A stretch of DNA of 64,000 nucleotides, from contig NC_068981.1 of the NCBI RefSeq assembly GCF_001194135.2, positions 43,732,378-43,796,377 of the forward strand, given 5' to 3'. A model generated the notes under the pieces. That model saw only the letters and a list, made by a program, of their open reading frames with translations, was not told where the DNA came from and searched no databases. Source of the stretch: Octopus bimaculoides (taxonomy: Eukaryota). Made by a program: the position numbers and the translations under genes. Positions 37,920 through 50,112 of the stretch are shown piece by piece. Positions within the stretch are counted from its first letter, which is position 1. Every line of letters starts with the position of its first letter.

Positions 37920-39379
37920 ACGTGTGTAAGAGAAAATTGTGATGTTACAGGTGAGAAATGTGTCTGTATGGATGATGGTGCAAAGAAAGAGGCTTGGAGA
38001 TGCCATTATGAAAGGCTGCTAAAGGTAGAGAATGAATGGGAGGAGGAGGGCCTGCCAAATGTTGAGACCCACTCGAGGGACCAGCTACCCGAATCGATAG
38101 CACCCTGGTAGATAAAACAATTAGGGATATGAAGTCAGGAAAATCCCTCGGCCCATCAGGAATCACTGCTGAGATACTTAAAATGTCTGGTGGTGTGGGC
38201 TATGGTCTACCCACCCATATTGTAAATCAGGTAGTTCACAAAGGAGTCATACCCAATGACTGATGTAGCAGCACCATGGTCAACTGCTACGAAGGTAAAG
38301 GTGATGCTTTAGATAGAAATAACTACAGGGGTATCAGACTGTGGGATCAGGTGACGTAGGTCACCTAATAAGGGAGAGAGTTTGTTTAGATGAAATGCAG
38401 TTCAGTTTTGTGCCAGGTAGGAGCACCATTGATGCTATATTTCTGGTAAAGCAACTGCAGGAGAAATACCTAGCCAAAGATAAACTCATATAGTTGGCTT
38501 TTGTTGATTTGGAGAAAGCTTTTGACAGGGTCCCCCGATCCCTTATCTGGTGGGTGATGCGGAAACTAGGGATAGACGAGTGTTTAATAAGAGCTGTACA
38601 AGGAGGCAGTCAGTAAGGTAAGGGTCAGCAATGAGTATAGTGAAGAATTCCAGGTAGAAGTAGGGGTTCACCAAGGATTAGTCCTCAGCCCCCTTTTATT
38701 CATGATAGTCATCCAGGCAATAACAGAGGAATTCAAGACAGGCTACCCCTGGGAGCTCCTCTATGCTGATGACCTCACTCTCATAGCAGAATCACTACCA
38801 CTAGAGAAGAAATTTCAGGTGTGGAAGCAAAGTTTAGAATTGAAGGGCCTTAGAATCAATGTTACAAAAACCAAAATCCTAGTAAATAGGAAGGTGAACA
38901 AATCACAAACCCCTTCAGGTAGATGGCCCTGCTCAATCTCTAGAAAAGGTGGAGGAAGAAACTCCAATGATGTACCCAGTGTAAGCTATGGACACATAAG
39001 AGGTGCAGTAGCATCAAAGGAAGGCTAACCGGGATGATAGCTTTTGTGTGCAGCAGATGCAATAAACACTGAAGATGCTCAGAAAATAGATTCCATCACA
39101 TGCCAGGGGGAGAAACTAGAAGTAGTACATAGCTTCTGCTACGTAGGTGACCAAGTCTGTAGTTGTGGTGGATGCTCAAAGAGTGTTACCACTAGAATAA
39201 GAATAGCCTGGGCAAAGTTCAGAAAGCTTCTACCCCTACTGGTGGCAAAGGGTCTCTTGCTCAGAGTGAAAGGTAGATTGTATGATGCATGTGTGCGAAC
39301 TGCCATGCTTCACGGCGGTGAAACATGGGCCATGACTGCTGAGGACATACATAGGCTTGAAAGAAATGAAGCTAGTATG

Positions 39380-39380
<1 letters not shown>
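37920..39380 (+). mobile_element. RTE-clade LINE reverse transcriptase pseudogene, truncated at both ends
   Basis: KKEAWRCHYERLL, QLQEKYLAKDKL..LAFVDLEKAFDRVPR, GVHQG, TEEFKTGYPWELLYADDLTLIAES, LKGLRINVTKTK, VHSFCYVGDQV, RIRIAWAKFRKLLP, GRLYDACVRTAMLHGGETW. Several stops and frameshifts. Confidence 0.95.
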
Positions 39381-39418
<38 letters not shown>

Positions 39419-39662
39419 ATTTTTCATAGAAATTCTTATCTTTCTTCTGGTACCTTAAGGAAAAAAAAAGAATGCTTTGAGTGATGACCACTCCTAATTT
39501 CATTATTTTCCCCATCCTAAAAGAGGTTACCATCCTTGAACTTATGTTTCATGCTAGTAGCTATACAATGGTAAAAAAACAAAATAAATAATTAGATGGC
39601 AAAAAACATTCCAAATTGGAAAGAAATCCCTTCCCTCCCTCTCTCTACATATCTATCTGTTC

Positions 39663-39706
<44 letters not shown>

Positions 39707-40109
39707 GTCTCCCATTCACCTGGAACCTCACCCCACCAAAAAGCACAAAAAAAACAATGTTCTCCTCTTCTAAATAAAAAAAAAACAAAGAAAAACCAAA
39801 ACAAAAAACACCTGATATATATATAAATGTACAGCCTGTTTGCACATTCACTATTTTATTTGACAACTTTGAAAGTGCTAATGGAAGCTTTAATAATAAT
39901 GACTAAAGAGAAAAATTCTTTTTCCAAAATTCCGACGACCACCTCTTTTCTCAATATTCAGTATCTGTACACCACTTCTAGCACTCTGTACATACACGCA
40001 CACAAACACACGCACATTTATGTATGCATATTTGTGTGTAAGTGTGTGTGTGTGTGTGCATACATATATACATATATCTATGTCTTACTATCTATCTCTA
40101 TATATGTAT

Positions 40110-41460
40110 ATACTCTGCATCCTACATTATTAGGCAAATAAACCTTCTCTCAATAAACAAATGTATATTCGTTCAAAATTAGTTGTTTCCCACTGACTGT
40201 GGCAACACCAAATCTGCACACATTCTGTTAAAATAAACCAGATCTGTGCAGACGCTAATATATGGTGGTCATTTTTGTGATTGGGCAGCATTTTCACCAT
40301 CACAAATTAATAGGAATGTATAATGGAAATGGTAATTGTGTCAGAACAAATGTTTATTTAATTCAATAATTATTCATAAAGGACTTAATGGTAAACATAA
40401 TGATAAGTTCATATGAAAATAATCATGGGATTATGATGCCATAAAGCTCCTAATGTTTGATGCATGATCCTCCACATGCAGTAACCTTTCTTATGCCCTG
40501 ATCTATTGAATTTGTCAAGATGATGATATCCTCTTGTGTCATGCTTTGAGCAGCATTTACAATAGCATTCCAGAGGGCAACTTTTCTAGAAAACTGCTAT
40601 CCATCTTGGTAAACATGCCTCTTCAGGATACCCTATACGTTCTTGATTGGGTTAAAGTCAGGAGAACAAGGTGGCCACTCCATCAAGCGACCTCCAGAGA
40701 AGCCTATTTGCTGCAGGTATTCCTTAGAATTCTTTGCTGCATGAGACAGGGCATTATCTTGCATGAAGACCAGCTTTCTCTTGAATGATAGTTTTTGCTT
40801 TTTGAACCACAGTTGGAAATCTTTCTTTAAGAAGGTAATATATGTTTTCGATGTCATCTTAGTGCCATATGGGACTTTCCATGGCCTGACCATCATACCA
40901 CCAACAATGTCAGCCCTAAACATGACCCACCTCCCCCCCTGTTGGTGTTTCAAATGATGAGGACGGTTCATGCTGGTTGATACCCAACCTTTGTTCCAAC
41001 CATCTGGTCTGTCAAGGGTAACACAGCATTTGTAGTGAATAGAACTGTTGAAAAACGTATCTTCACGTAGTCTTCTGCCCATTTCAGTCTCTTCTGTATA
41101 TGAACAGCCTATAGAGGGGGCCTTGTAGCAAGTTTAACATTCATGGCTACCTGCTTCAAGAGGTGACCCCTGGTAGTTTTCGATGTCTTCCCTGCCATGT
41201 CTTTAGAAGACTTCTCTACTTGAAAGACATGGGTTCTGCATGACTTTCCTTTTTACATATGACAAATTATTATTTGAAGCAACCCTCGACTTATCCTTAT
41301 CTACCCTCGACCAGACAGAAATAGGAGACTGCACAAATATCTTCACTGTTTGGTGATCCCTTCCCAGTACTTTTGATATTTCTATGGTTGTTTTTCTTTT
41401 TCCAAGCTCTGACATGATGGTAGACTTCTCATTCGAGGTAAGATCCCGTTTCTAACCCAT
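40110..41460 (-). mobile_element. DD37E (TRT-like) Tc1 transposon, decayed
   Basis: N-terminus MG*KRDLTSNEKSTIMSELG..LGRDHQTVK, then TLDRPDGW and FMQDNALSHAA..WPPCSPDFNPI(K). There are 37 residues between the D and the E position, which is mutated to K. TIR-like ATTATTAGGCAA at ~40127. Confidence 0.88.
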
Positions 41461-41584
41461 ATATATGTATCTCTTTCTGTCAAAGTGTGTAGGTTTCAAA
41501 TGTCAAAGACTTTTCCATTCTTTCCAAGAGTCAAACCAATACACCTGTTTGTTGTTCCTTCACCTGTTTCCGTCTTTTGTTTTT

Positions 41585-41648
<64 letters not shown>

Positions 41649-42046
41649 ATTATAAAATTTCTTCAGAAAAGCATAGACAACATATATCAATCTATCTATC
41701 TATATATATATAATATATATGTATGTTGAAGACACTGCTAAAGGCATCTGCTATTGGTGAATTGTTTATGTCACTTATTATCTAAAATATATTCTCTGTT
41801 CTCATTGTTTTAGACACTATTTTTATGAAGAAAGTTTAAACAATTAAAAGTAATATAATCTTGCTTTAACATAATATCAAAATTTAGTCATGAGATCTTA
41901 TTCCAAAATTTCAGCTGCACATCACACACAAAATCAAAAATATAGCCATTGTATTCGGGAAAAAATAACTTTACATCATCTTAAATCCCCACAACCATTT
42001 AGACTGGACATGGACAAAAATATGTAACAGAAAATTAAATTTACGA

Positions 42047-42691
42047 GGTGCAGGAGTGGCTGCGTGGTAAGTAGCTTGCTCACCAACCACATGGTTCTGG
42101 ATTCAGTCCCACTGCGTGGCACCTTGGGCAAGTGTCTTCTACTATAGCCTCGAGCCGACCAAAGCCTTGTGAGTGGATTTGGTAGATGGAAACTGAAAGA
42201 AGCCCATCGTATATATGTATACATATGTATGAATGAATGTGTGTGTATTTGTTTGTGTGTCTGTGTTTGTCCCCCCAACATCACTTGACAATCGATGCTA
42301 GTGTGTTTACGTCCCCGTAACTTAGCGGTTCGGCAAAAGAGACCTATAGAATAATTACTAGGCTTGCAAAGAATAAGTCCTGGGGTTGATTTGCTCGACT
42401 AAAGGTGGTGCTCCAGCATGGCCACAGTCAAATGAGTGAAACAAGTAAAAGAGTAAAAGAGTAACAGAAAAGGTTATGCTATCAGAGTCACCTAGAAAAC
42501 TCATTGTTTTGTAACTATATTCAAATAGGTGCAGGCATGACTGTTTGGTAAGAAGCTTGTTCCTCAACCACACGATTCTGCGTTCAATCCCACAGTGTGG
42601 CATCTTGGGCAAGCATCTTCTTCTATAGCCTTTGGACTGATCAAAGTCTTGTGAGTGGATTTGGTAGACAGAAACTGAAAGAAGCCCATCG

Positions 42692-42724
<33 letters not shown>

Positions 42725-42950
42725 GTGTGCATAACTTTGTGTCTGTGTTTGTCCCTTCCTCCATCGCTTGACAACTGATGTTGGTGTGTGTACATGCCCG
42801 TGACTTAGCGGTTCAGCAGAAGGAACTAATGGAATAATTACTCGGGTTACAAAGAATAAGTTTTGAGGTTGATTTCTTCAACTAAAACCCCTTAAGGTGG
42901 TGTTCCAGCATGTCTGCAGTCAAATGACTGAAACATGTAGAAGAATAAAT
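42047..42950 (+). mobile_element. Two adjacent family-B SINEs
   Basis: 42047-42465 is the best-preserved copy (A-box TGGCTGCGTGGT, B-box GGATTCAGTCC, GTAAAAGA tail). The second copy spans 42530-42950. Confidence 0.9.
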
Positions 42951-42954
42951 ATTG

Positions 42955-43168
42955 GTTTCAAATTTTGGCACAAGGCCAGCTATTTAGGGGGAGGGATCAA
43001 GTCAGTTACATTCACCCTAGTGTTCAACCAGTACTTATTTTATCAACCTCAAAAGACTGAAAGGCAAAGTCATCCTTGGCGGAGTTTGAACTCAGAATGT
43101 AAAGATGGATGATATGACACAAAGCTTTCTGCCTGGTGTGCTAGCAATTCTTCCAGGTTGCTGCCTTT
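42955..43168 (-). mobile_element. SINE family A
   Basis: AAGGCAAAGTC..GGAGTTTGAACTCAGAATGTAAAGA..GTGCTAGCAATTCTTCCAGGTTGCTGCC. Confidence 0.85.
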
Positions 43169-43194
43169 TACCATATGCTAATATTAGCAAACAA

Positions 43195-43500
43195 AATATG
43201 CCCAATCATGAGGTAATGGGTTCAATTCTCATACTGGGTTGTGTGTTGTGTTCTTGAGCAAAGCACTTTATTTCACATTGCTTCAGTTCACTCAGCTGTA
43301 GAAATGAGTTGCGACGTTACTGGTACCAACTTGTATCAGCCTTTGCCTTTCCCTTGGATAACATTGGTGACATGGAGAGGGGAGACTTGTATGGGTGACT
43401 GTTGGTTTCCCATAAACAATTTTACCTGGACTTGTACCTTGGAGGCTAACTTTCTAGGTGGAATCCTATGGTCATTCATGACTGAAGGGGTTTTTTATTT
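43195..43500 (+). mobile_element. SINE family C
   Basis: B-box GGGTTCAATTC, block GTGTTCTTGAGCAAAGCACTTTATTTCAC..CACTCAGCTGTA and a distinct 3' end. A related partial copy lies at 24870-24990. Confidence 0.7.
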
Positions 43501-43502
43501 TG

Positions 43503-43872
43503 CTTACCAACCACATGGTTCCAGGTTCAGTCCCACTGCGTGGCACCTTGGGCAAGTGTCTACTATAGCCTCGGGCCGACCAAAGCCTTGTGAGTGGATT
43601 TTTGGTAGATGGAAACCGAAAGAAGCCCATCGTATATATATGTATAAGTATATATATGCGTGTTTGTGTCTGTGTTTGTCCCCACCAGCATCGTTTGACA
43701 ACCGATGCTGGTGTGTTTACGTCCCCGTAACTTAGCAGTTCGGCAAAAGAGACCGATAGAATAAGTACTATGCTTACAAAGAATAAGTCCTGGGGTCCAC
43801 ATGCTCGACTAAAGGTGGTGCTCCAGCATGGCCACAGTCAAATGACTAAAACAAGTAAAAGAGTAAAAGAGT
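43503..43872 (+). mobile_element. SINE family B (young copy, 5' clipped)
   Basis: Near-identical to 42047-42465 and ends in GTAAAAGAGTAAAAGAGTA. Confidence 0.9.
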
Positions 43873-44574
43873 ATCCTGAGAAGTGATAATTTACAAAACT
43901 TAATATGGAAGTAGAGAATATTCTTTAATGCATTAAATGTAATAGGCTCTGAATTCCAGTACTCCAAGTTACATGTTTCAGATCCTTCAGCTGGTAATCC
44001 AATCCTGTTTTCTCTTGAAATATCTGTTGTTTGAATGTTTTTTGAAATGTTATATGAAGGTTAAGAAGGAAATGCTTATCTTCATGCTTTTTGTAAGCAA
44101 CACGTGCAAAAACGACTATTTAAATCTCTTGCTTTTAATTTCATTGCTGACTCTTGTGGGAATACTCCAAATGTCTTAAACTTCATAGAAGCAAGGTCAT
44201 GCTAATAATTTTTCTCATGAACTTGTGTTGTTTAAGTAATATTTTAAGTAATATAAAATCAATGTATATGTGTTTTTTTGCATGTATATGTGTATATACA
44301 TAACATATATATAAACATAACATATATACATGTGTGTGTGTGTGTGTGTGTGTTTGTGTGTTTGTGTGTGTGTGTGTGTGTGTGTTTGTGTGTGTGCATG
44401 TGCGCGCACGCGCGTGCATGTGTATTTCTATATATTCATATATACATATATATATATCCATGCATATGCATTCGTTCATACACACATACACACGTATATA
44501 TATATGTACTGTGGTAAGTAACTCTTACAAAAGTTGTGCTGTTGCATTCTTGGTGGAAACATTAGCGAATCTCC

Positions 44575-45085
44575 TTGAATGTCTAACTAGTACTTAATTT
44601 ATCAACCCCAAAAAGATGAAAGGCAAAGTCGACCTTGGCAGAACTTGAACTCAGAACATAGCGACAGGCGAAATACCACCAAGAATTTCATCCAGTCTGC
44701 TAACGATTCTGCTAGCTCACTGCCATATTTAATAATAATAATAATCCTTTCTACTATAGGCCTGGAATTTGGAGGGGGCAGGGATTGTTGATTACATCAA
44801 TTCTAGTACACAATTGGTACTCATTTTATTGACTTGAAAGGGATGAAAGGTAAAATTAACCTTGGTTTAATTTGAACTCAGAATGTAAAGAGAAGACGAA
44901 ATATCATTTAGCATTTTGCTCAACAGGCTAATGATTTTGCCAGCTCGCCACCAATAGTAATAATAAGTATTTCTAATTTAGGCACAAAAGCAGCAATCGT
45001 GAGGGGTGGATGTTAGTTGATACCCTTGTAAGTGAGTGGTACTTTTTTATCAACTCTGGAGGGATGAATGGTAAAGTTGACCTAA
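44575..45085 (-). mobile_element. Three tandem family-A SINE copies/fragments
   Basis: GATGAAAGG(C/T)AAA.T..ACCT occurs at ~44615, ~44843 and ~45063. Confidence 0.85.
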
Positions 45086-45985
45086 AATATAAATAATGAT
45101 ATAATGATAATTGTAATAGTATTCTTCATAATAGTTGGCATAAAAATAAGAATAAAATAACCAAATAACACAAAATATGAAATTTAATAATAGTAGTACT
45201 GACAATAATTCTCAGCATGATGATAATTATTGCCAGTACTATTATTATCTTTTCATGTTATTTCTCCATTATTCAGTTATTTTAATCTTATTTTCATTGT
45301 ACTATTAGTATTAGTATCACAATTATCATTATTACTCTAATTATCTTTATCGTTATTAATTATTTTCCAGCATGTTAATTACCACAACTTACCACAATGC
45401 TTAAATTAGCTACCCTCTCCCCTGCTTAGTTTCTGGTTCCATTCAATTATTATGTAATTCATTGCTCTTTTTTACCATTCTACATCCTCCTGTTTCTCAT
45501 AGTTTTTCTTTTTATCCTTTCACTTTCTCCTCTCCTTCCAGTACCCGCATTTATTTTCTTTCCTCTTCTCTGTTTTCTCATTCTCCTTCACCTCCTCTTC
45601 TTTTTTCTCTCATCACTTCCCTCCAGACTGCTCTTTTTTCTTCCTCTTTTATAACAGTATGTATGAACATTGTCTGAAGTAAAATCAGTCTTCTCCGTAG
45701 AAATGAGTCGAAACATCTGGCCAAGTTATAAAGTAACAATAATGAGTGTCTGCACGTGTGTGTGTGTGTGTGTGTGTGAAGGTAATTGATATAGTGGCTT
45801 GTATGTTAGACTCAGAATCATTAGGTCATGGCTTTGATTCTTGAATTGGAGAGCATCTTGTTTCAACTCTATGGAAACCAGAATAAGCTCCAGCTTAATG
45901 AGTTTATAGGCTCAAGTTGCATGTGTGTGTGTGCATGTGTGTATGTTTAGGTATGTATTTATATATATATATATATATATATATA

Positions 45986-46154
45986 GGGAGAATTCATGGA
46001 AAAACAACAGATGAAGACAGGTGGTGTAGACAACAAATGGATGTACTAGTATAACGCTCGGGAATAGAGAAAGTCTTTAATGTTTCAAGCCTACCCTCTT
46101 CAACATAAAGGAACACAGAAATAAACGAGGAGAGAAAAAAAATGTGTGTAGTGG

Positions 46155-46155
<1 letters not shown>
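45986..46155 (-). mobile_element. Probable PLE terminal-repeat fragment with a decayed hammerhead
   Basis: Minus strand CTTT-ATGTTGA-A-GAGG-GTAG-GCTT-GAAAC-ATT-AAAG (46075-46110), between (TA)n and (TC)n(TA)n. Confidence 0.5.
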
Positions 46156-46199
<44 letters not shown>

Positions 46200-46209
46200 N
46201 NNNNNNNNN

Positions 46210-46252
<43 letters not shown>

Positions 46253-46556
46253 GTATATGAATATATATTCACATGTATGTGTATAAACATCATCCTCATC
46301 CTCATCATGGTAATCATTACTTCAATATTTGATTGTTCTATGTTATTAATTAAACAAATTGCAACATGGCAACTTATGACTTACCTCAATATTATGTCAT
46401 CTCATCTGTGGAAATTGTCATAGTATGATCTGATCACACCATTTCTTTATGTACAGTTCTTGATCTACTTCAGCCTTGGGTATATTTTTCTGTTAGTCCA
46501 ATGTAGATATTTCACTCAGTATATTATATCAAATGTCCATAGGTGTGCAGTCGTTT

Positions 46557-46592
<36 letters not shown>

Positions 46593-47178
46593 ACACTTGT
46601 GCTTTAGTTTCCCATGCTATTTAATATCTGGTATGCAATTTATCATATTTGACTTAATTCTATCTCAGTCTCCAGATCCTCTACCTTTGTTTTCATGCCC
46701 TTCAGCAATGCTAATATTGTGCTCCCTATAAATGCTACATATTGTCTGCTTTTGTGGAAGAATAATAAACTTTTTATTGCCAATATATTAAAGAGCTTCC
46801 TGAACTTTGTCCACCGTTTATACTATTCACTCATAATGTGAGGTGGGATCAGAAATTTTAATTTGAAATTAAGAAGTATGAAGAGGAAGACACATAGAGG
46901 TTCCTTACTGAATTTTTTTTTATCTATCTTCTATGAAGTTCTTATAATTTGTATTTCGTTTGGTTTGCAAGATTCTTATAATTTCTATTTCGTTTGGTTT
47001 GCAAGATTCTTTACGTGAATTTGTGTGTTAAAGCATATTTCATTGTATCTACAGAGAGTCATTCTCTTTCAGTGCCTCATTATTTAACACACACACTGGT
47101 TCAATTTCCATTCATTAAGTTATTTTTTCTAAAATTTTCATTGTATCTTGCAACATTTTCAATAGTTGTTGATTTTAG

Positions 47179-47215
<37 letters not shown>

Positions 47216-47217
47216 AA

Positions 47218-47458
47218 CACCATTTGAGCATGGCTGATGCCAGTACCACCTGACTGGCCCTATTGCCGGAGGCACACAAAAGCACCCACTACACTCTCAG
47301 AGTGGTTGGCGTTAGGAAGGGCATCCAGCTGTAGAAACTCTGCCGGATCAGATTGGAGCCTGGTGCAGTCATCTGACTCACCAGTCCCCAGTCAAACCGT
47401 CCAACCCATGCCAGCATGGAAAGCAGACGTTAAACGATGACGATGATGATGATGATGA
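47218..47458 (+). mobile_element. RTE LINE 3' tail
   Basis: GGCGTTAGGAAGGGCATCCAGCTGTAGAAAC..GCATGGAAAGCAGACGTTAAACGATGACGATG. Confidence 0.9.
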
Positions 47459-48064
47459 TATATATGTTTAAAAAATATATAGAAGAACAAATAGAACAAA
47501 TGGAAAATACACACAGAATGTCACTAGCTCCTCTTCAGTTATTGTCCATAAGATTGCAGCTATTTCATGCCTTTAACAATAACATTGCTCCCCTTTGGTG
47601 GCATTAGCAATGAGATCCTACTAGGGAAAAGCAAGCACACAAACAAGGGACCAAACAACAAAAACTGAACTTATAAAAACAAAAAATTAATTGTACTTTC
47701 AAGATGAGATGAATAGCAAATAGACAAGGGACAAAGATGACTACAAACATTACAGAATGTGGACATATAAGCAAAATGAATTAAATAAACAGAATAAGGC
47801 CTTATGGTTCAGACATAAGATGAAAAATGAGTAATGCCATGAAGGGTATCCTAAAGAATTGGAGGTGAAAGGAACAATGGAGGGACAACAAACCCTGTTG
47901 AAAGTGGGAGACAAGGGAAACCTGACTGGTTGCCTTGACAATGAAGATGGAAAGGAAAGGGAAATGAGAGGTGATGATGATCATAGGTCATGTGTTAGTC
48001 TCTCTTTTGTCCCTTTCACTTCCAATCCTTTAGACTACCCTTCCTGGCATTACCCAAATACATA

Positions 48065-48300
48065 TATTTATTTTTTTATTGCCCACAGGGGCCTGAGCAT
48101 AGAGGGGACAAACAAGGACAGACAAAGGGATTAAGTCGATTACATCAACCGCAGTACATAACTGGTACTTATTTAATTGACCCTGAAAGGATGAAAGGCA
48201 AAGTTGACCTCGGTGGAATTTGAACTCAGAACATAACGGCAGACTAAATACAACTAAGCATCTCACACGGCATACTGTTTCTGCCAGCTCACTGCCTTAC
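48065..48300 (-). mobile_element. SINE family A with the alternative 3' end
   Basis: Family-A head and core joined to TTGCCCACAGGG..GGACAAACAAGGACAGACAAAGGGATTAAGTCG, as at 23385-23450. Confidence 0.88.
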
Positions 48301-48414
48301 CCACATACATATATTATAGGCATAAACTTTCTGTAAAAAATTTCATTCATGATGAATATCTGAACTGAGATGAAAGTGCTAAATAAATATCAAAAAATTC
48401 TGACTACCTCTTTT

Positions 48415-48452
<38 letters not shown>

Positions 48453-48669
48453 CAACGGATATATAAGCATATGCATGTATACATACATATATGTACATAC
48501 CTACATCTACATGTATATATAGATGCATATCTGGGTACAGGACGTTAGAAAAATGAACGGGGACATAAAAACAAAATGGTCTAAGTTTACAGACAACAGA
48601 AGGAACATATAGGAAAACAAACAAGCCACTTATGGAATTATTCCTTCATTAGCTGCCTCTATTCTAAAA

Positions 48670-49150
48670 CTAGGCGTTGTGGTAAAAATGCTTGCTTCCC
48701 AGCTATAGGGTTCTAGGTTCATTCCCACTGTTTGGTATCTTGGGCAAATATCTCCTACTGTAGCCTTGAGCTAACCAAAGACAGAAACTGAAAGAAGCTC
48801 ATTGTATATGTATGTATATATATATATGTGTGTCTGCATCTTCGTATGTTACTGTATCCTAGTCTTGACATCATGACAGTTGCAAATGAATATCACTGTG
48901 ATACAAGCAGTATTTCCATATTCTATGAAAACATGTCTGGTCACAAGGAAATGTTACCTTGCCTGGAAACAAGGTGAGGGTTGACCACAGGAATGACATC
49001 CAGATGCAGAAAATCTACCTCAACATATTCTGTCTGACCTGTGCACGCATGGAAGAGTGGACATAAAATGATGATGAAGATGAAGTTGAAGATGATGATG
49101 TTGGTGATTATGATGATGATGATGATGATGATGATGATGTCGGCGATGAC
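48670..49150 (+). mobile_element. SINE with a family-B head and an RTE-type (ATG)n tail
   Basis: Family-B head and central block up to GAAAGAAGCTC, an unrelated middle, then GGAATGACATCCAG..GCATGGAAGAGTGGACATAAAATGATG. A matching tail lies on the minus strand at 59330-59470. Confidence 0.7.
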
Positions 49151-50050
49151 GGTGATGCTGATGACGATGAAGGTGATGATGATGATATACATGTGTATAC
49201 ATACACAAACTTACCACGCTACCCCCATTGTTGTCAATAACATTATCATTCCCTAACTGCTATCTATTTGACACTTCATGATGTACTTTTAGTTTAAAAA
49301 TTTTTCAAATATTTAATTTGCCTTAGGCATCTGAGCTTATTTGTTTTCTCAAAACTTTCCACAGAAGAAATGAAAATACAAAAATTCAACTTTCTAAATA
49401 TTTACAAAACACACACATATATATATATATATATATAGAAATAAAAAAAAAAAACAATTATATATAGGAAACCTTCAACAGAAGCATCTAAAAAATATTT
49501 TTGAAGGCAAAACTTGAGAAAAGATTTAAGCTAAAAACCAACATAGCATCAATCAATCTTTCTATGTTCCGTGATCTGTATTTACAGCAGATGTTATAAT
49601 CCACTCACAAACTAAAAAAAAAAAGAAAAAATGTAATAATGGAAATAAGTAAATAAAATAGATTAAAATAAGTTACCAAATTTTTTTTAAATGATGTAGA
49701 AACTATAGAAAAGTAAAAAAAAAAGAAAAACTTACGAAAATTGATAAATAAACAAGTATATCAACAAAGAAGCAAACCAGGGAAATATTTGTGAATATTC
49801 TCATAATTAAATTTCTATTTCAATAGAAGTTTTGAAGATAAATTGGTTATATCATGCAAATAATAATGGTTCAATGGAGGAACTAGTCCTGCATTTGACT
49901 TCTAATCACATTTCTATTTCTTTCTGCTCCTCCAAGATAAAACTTACTTGGCTTTTGATTATTTTCTAACTCACTTAAGTTATGAAGTGATTAGTAGCTA
50001 CCAAATAAACATTAAAGAAAGTGTGTGTGTATGTGTGAGAGAGAGGGAAG

Positions 50051-50112
<62 letters not shown>

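Noticed and set aside
42047-42120. tRNA-like sequences with A and B boxes
   Set aside because: They are SINE heads. I could not fold a full cloverleaf, and each continues into SINE body sequence.
47520-47620. Minus-strand ATGCC/GGCAT-GAAA-TAGCTG plus a downstream CTGAAGA
   Set aside because: No CUGANGA box before the stem, no UH triplet, and no GAAA after the second box.
49041-49256. Poly-Met/poly-His ORFs and the many YIYI/CVCV/THTH/X-rich ORFs in the track
   Set aside because: Translations of (ATG)n, (TA)n, (TG)n microsatellites or N gaps, with no coding evidence.
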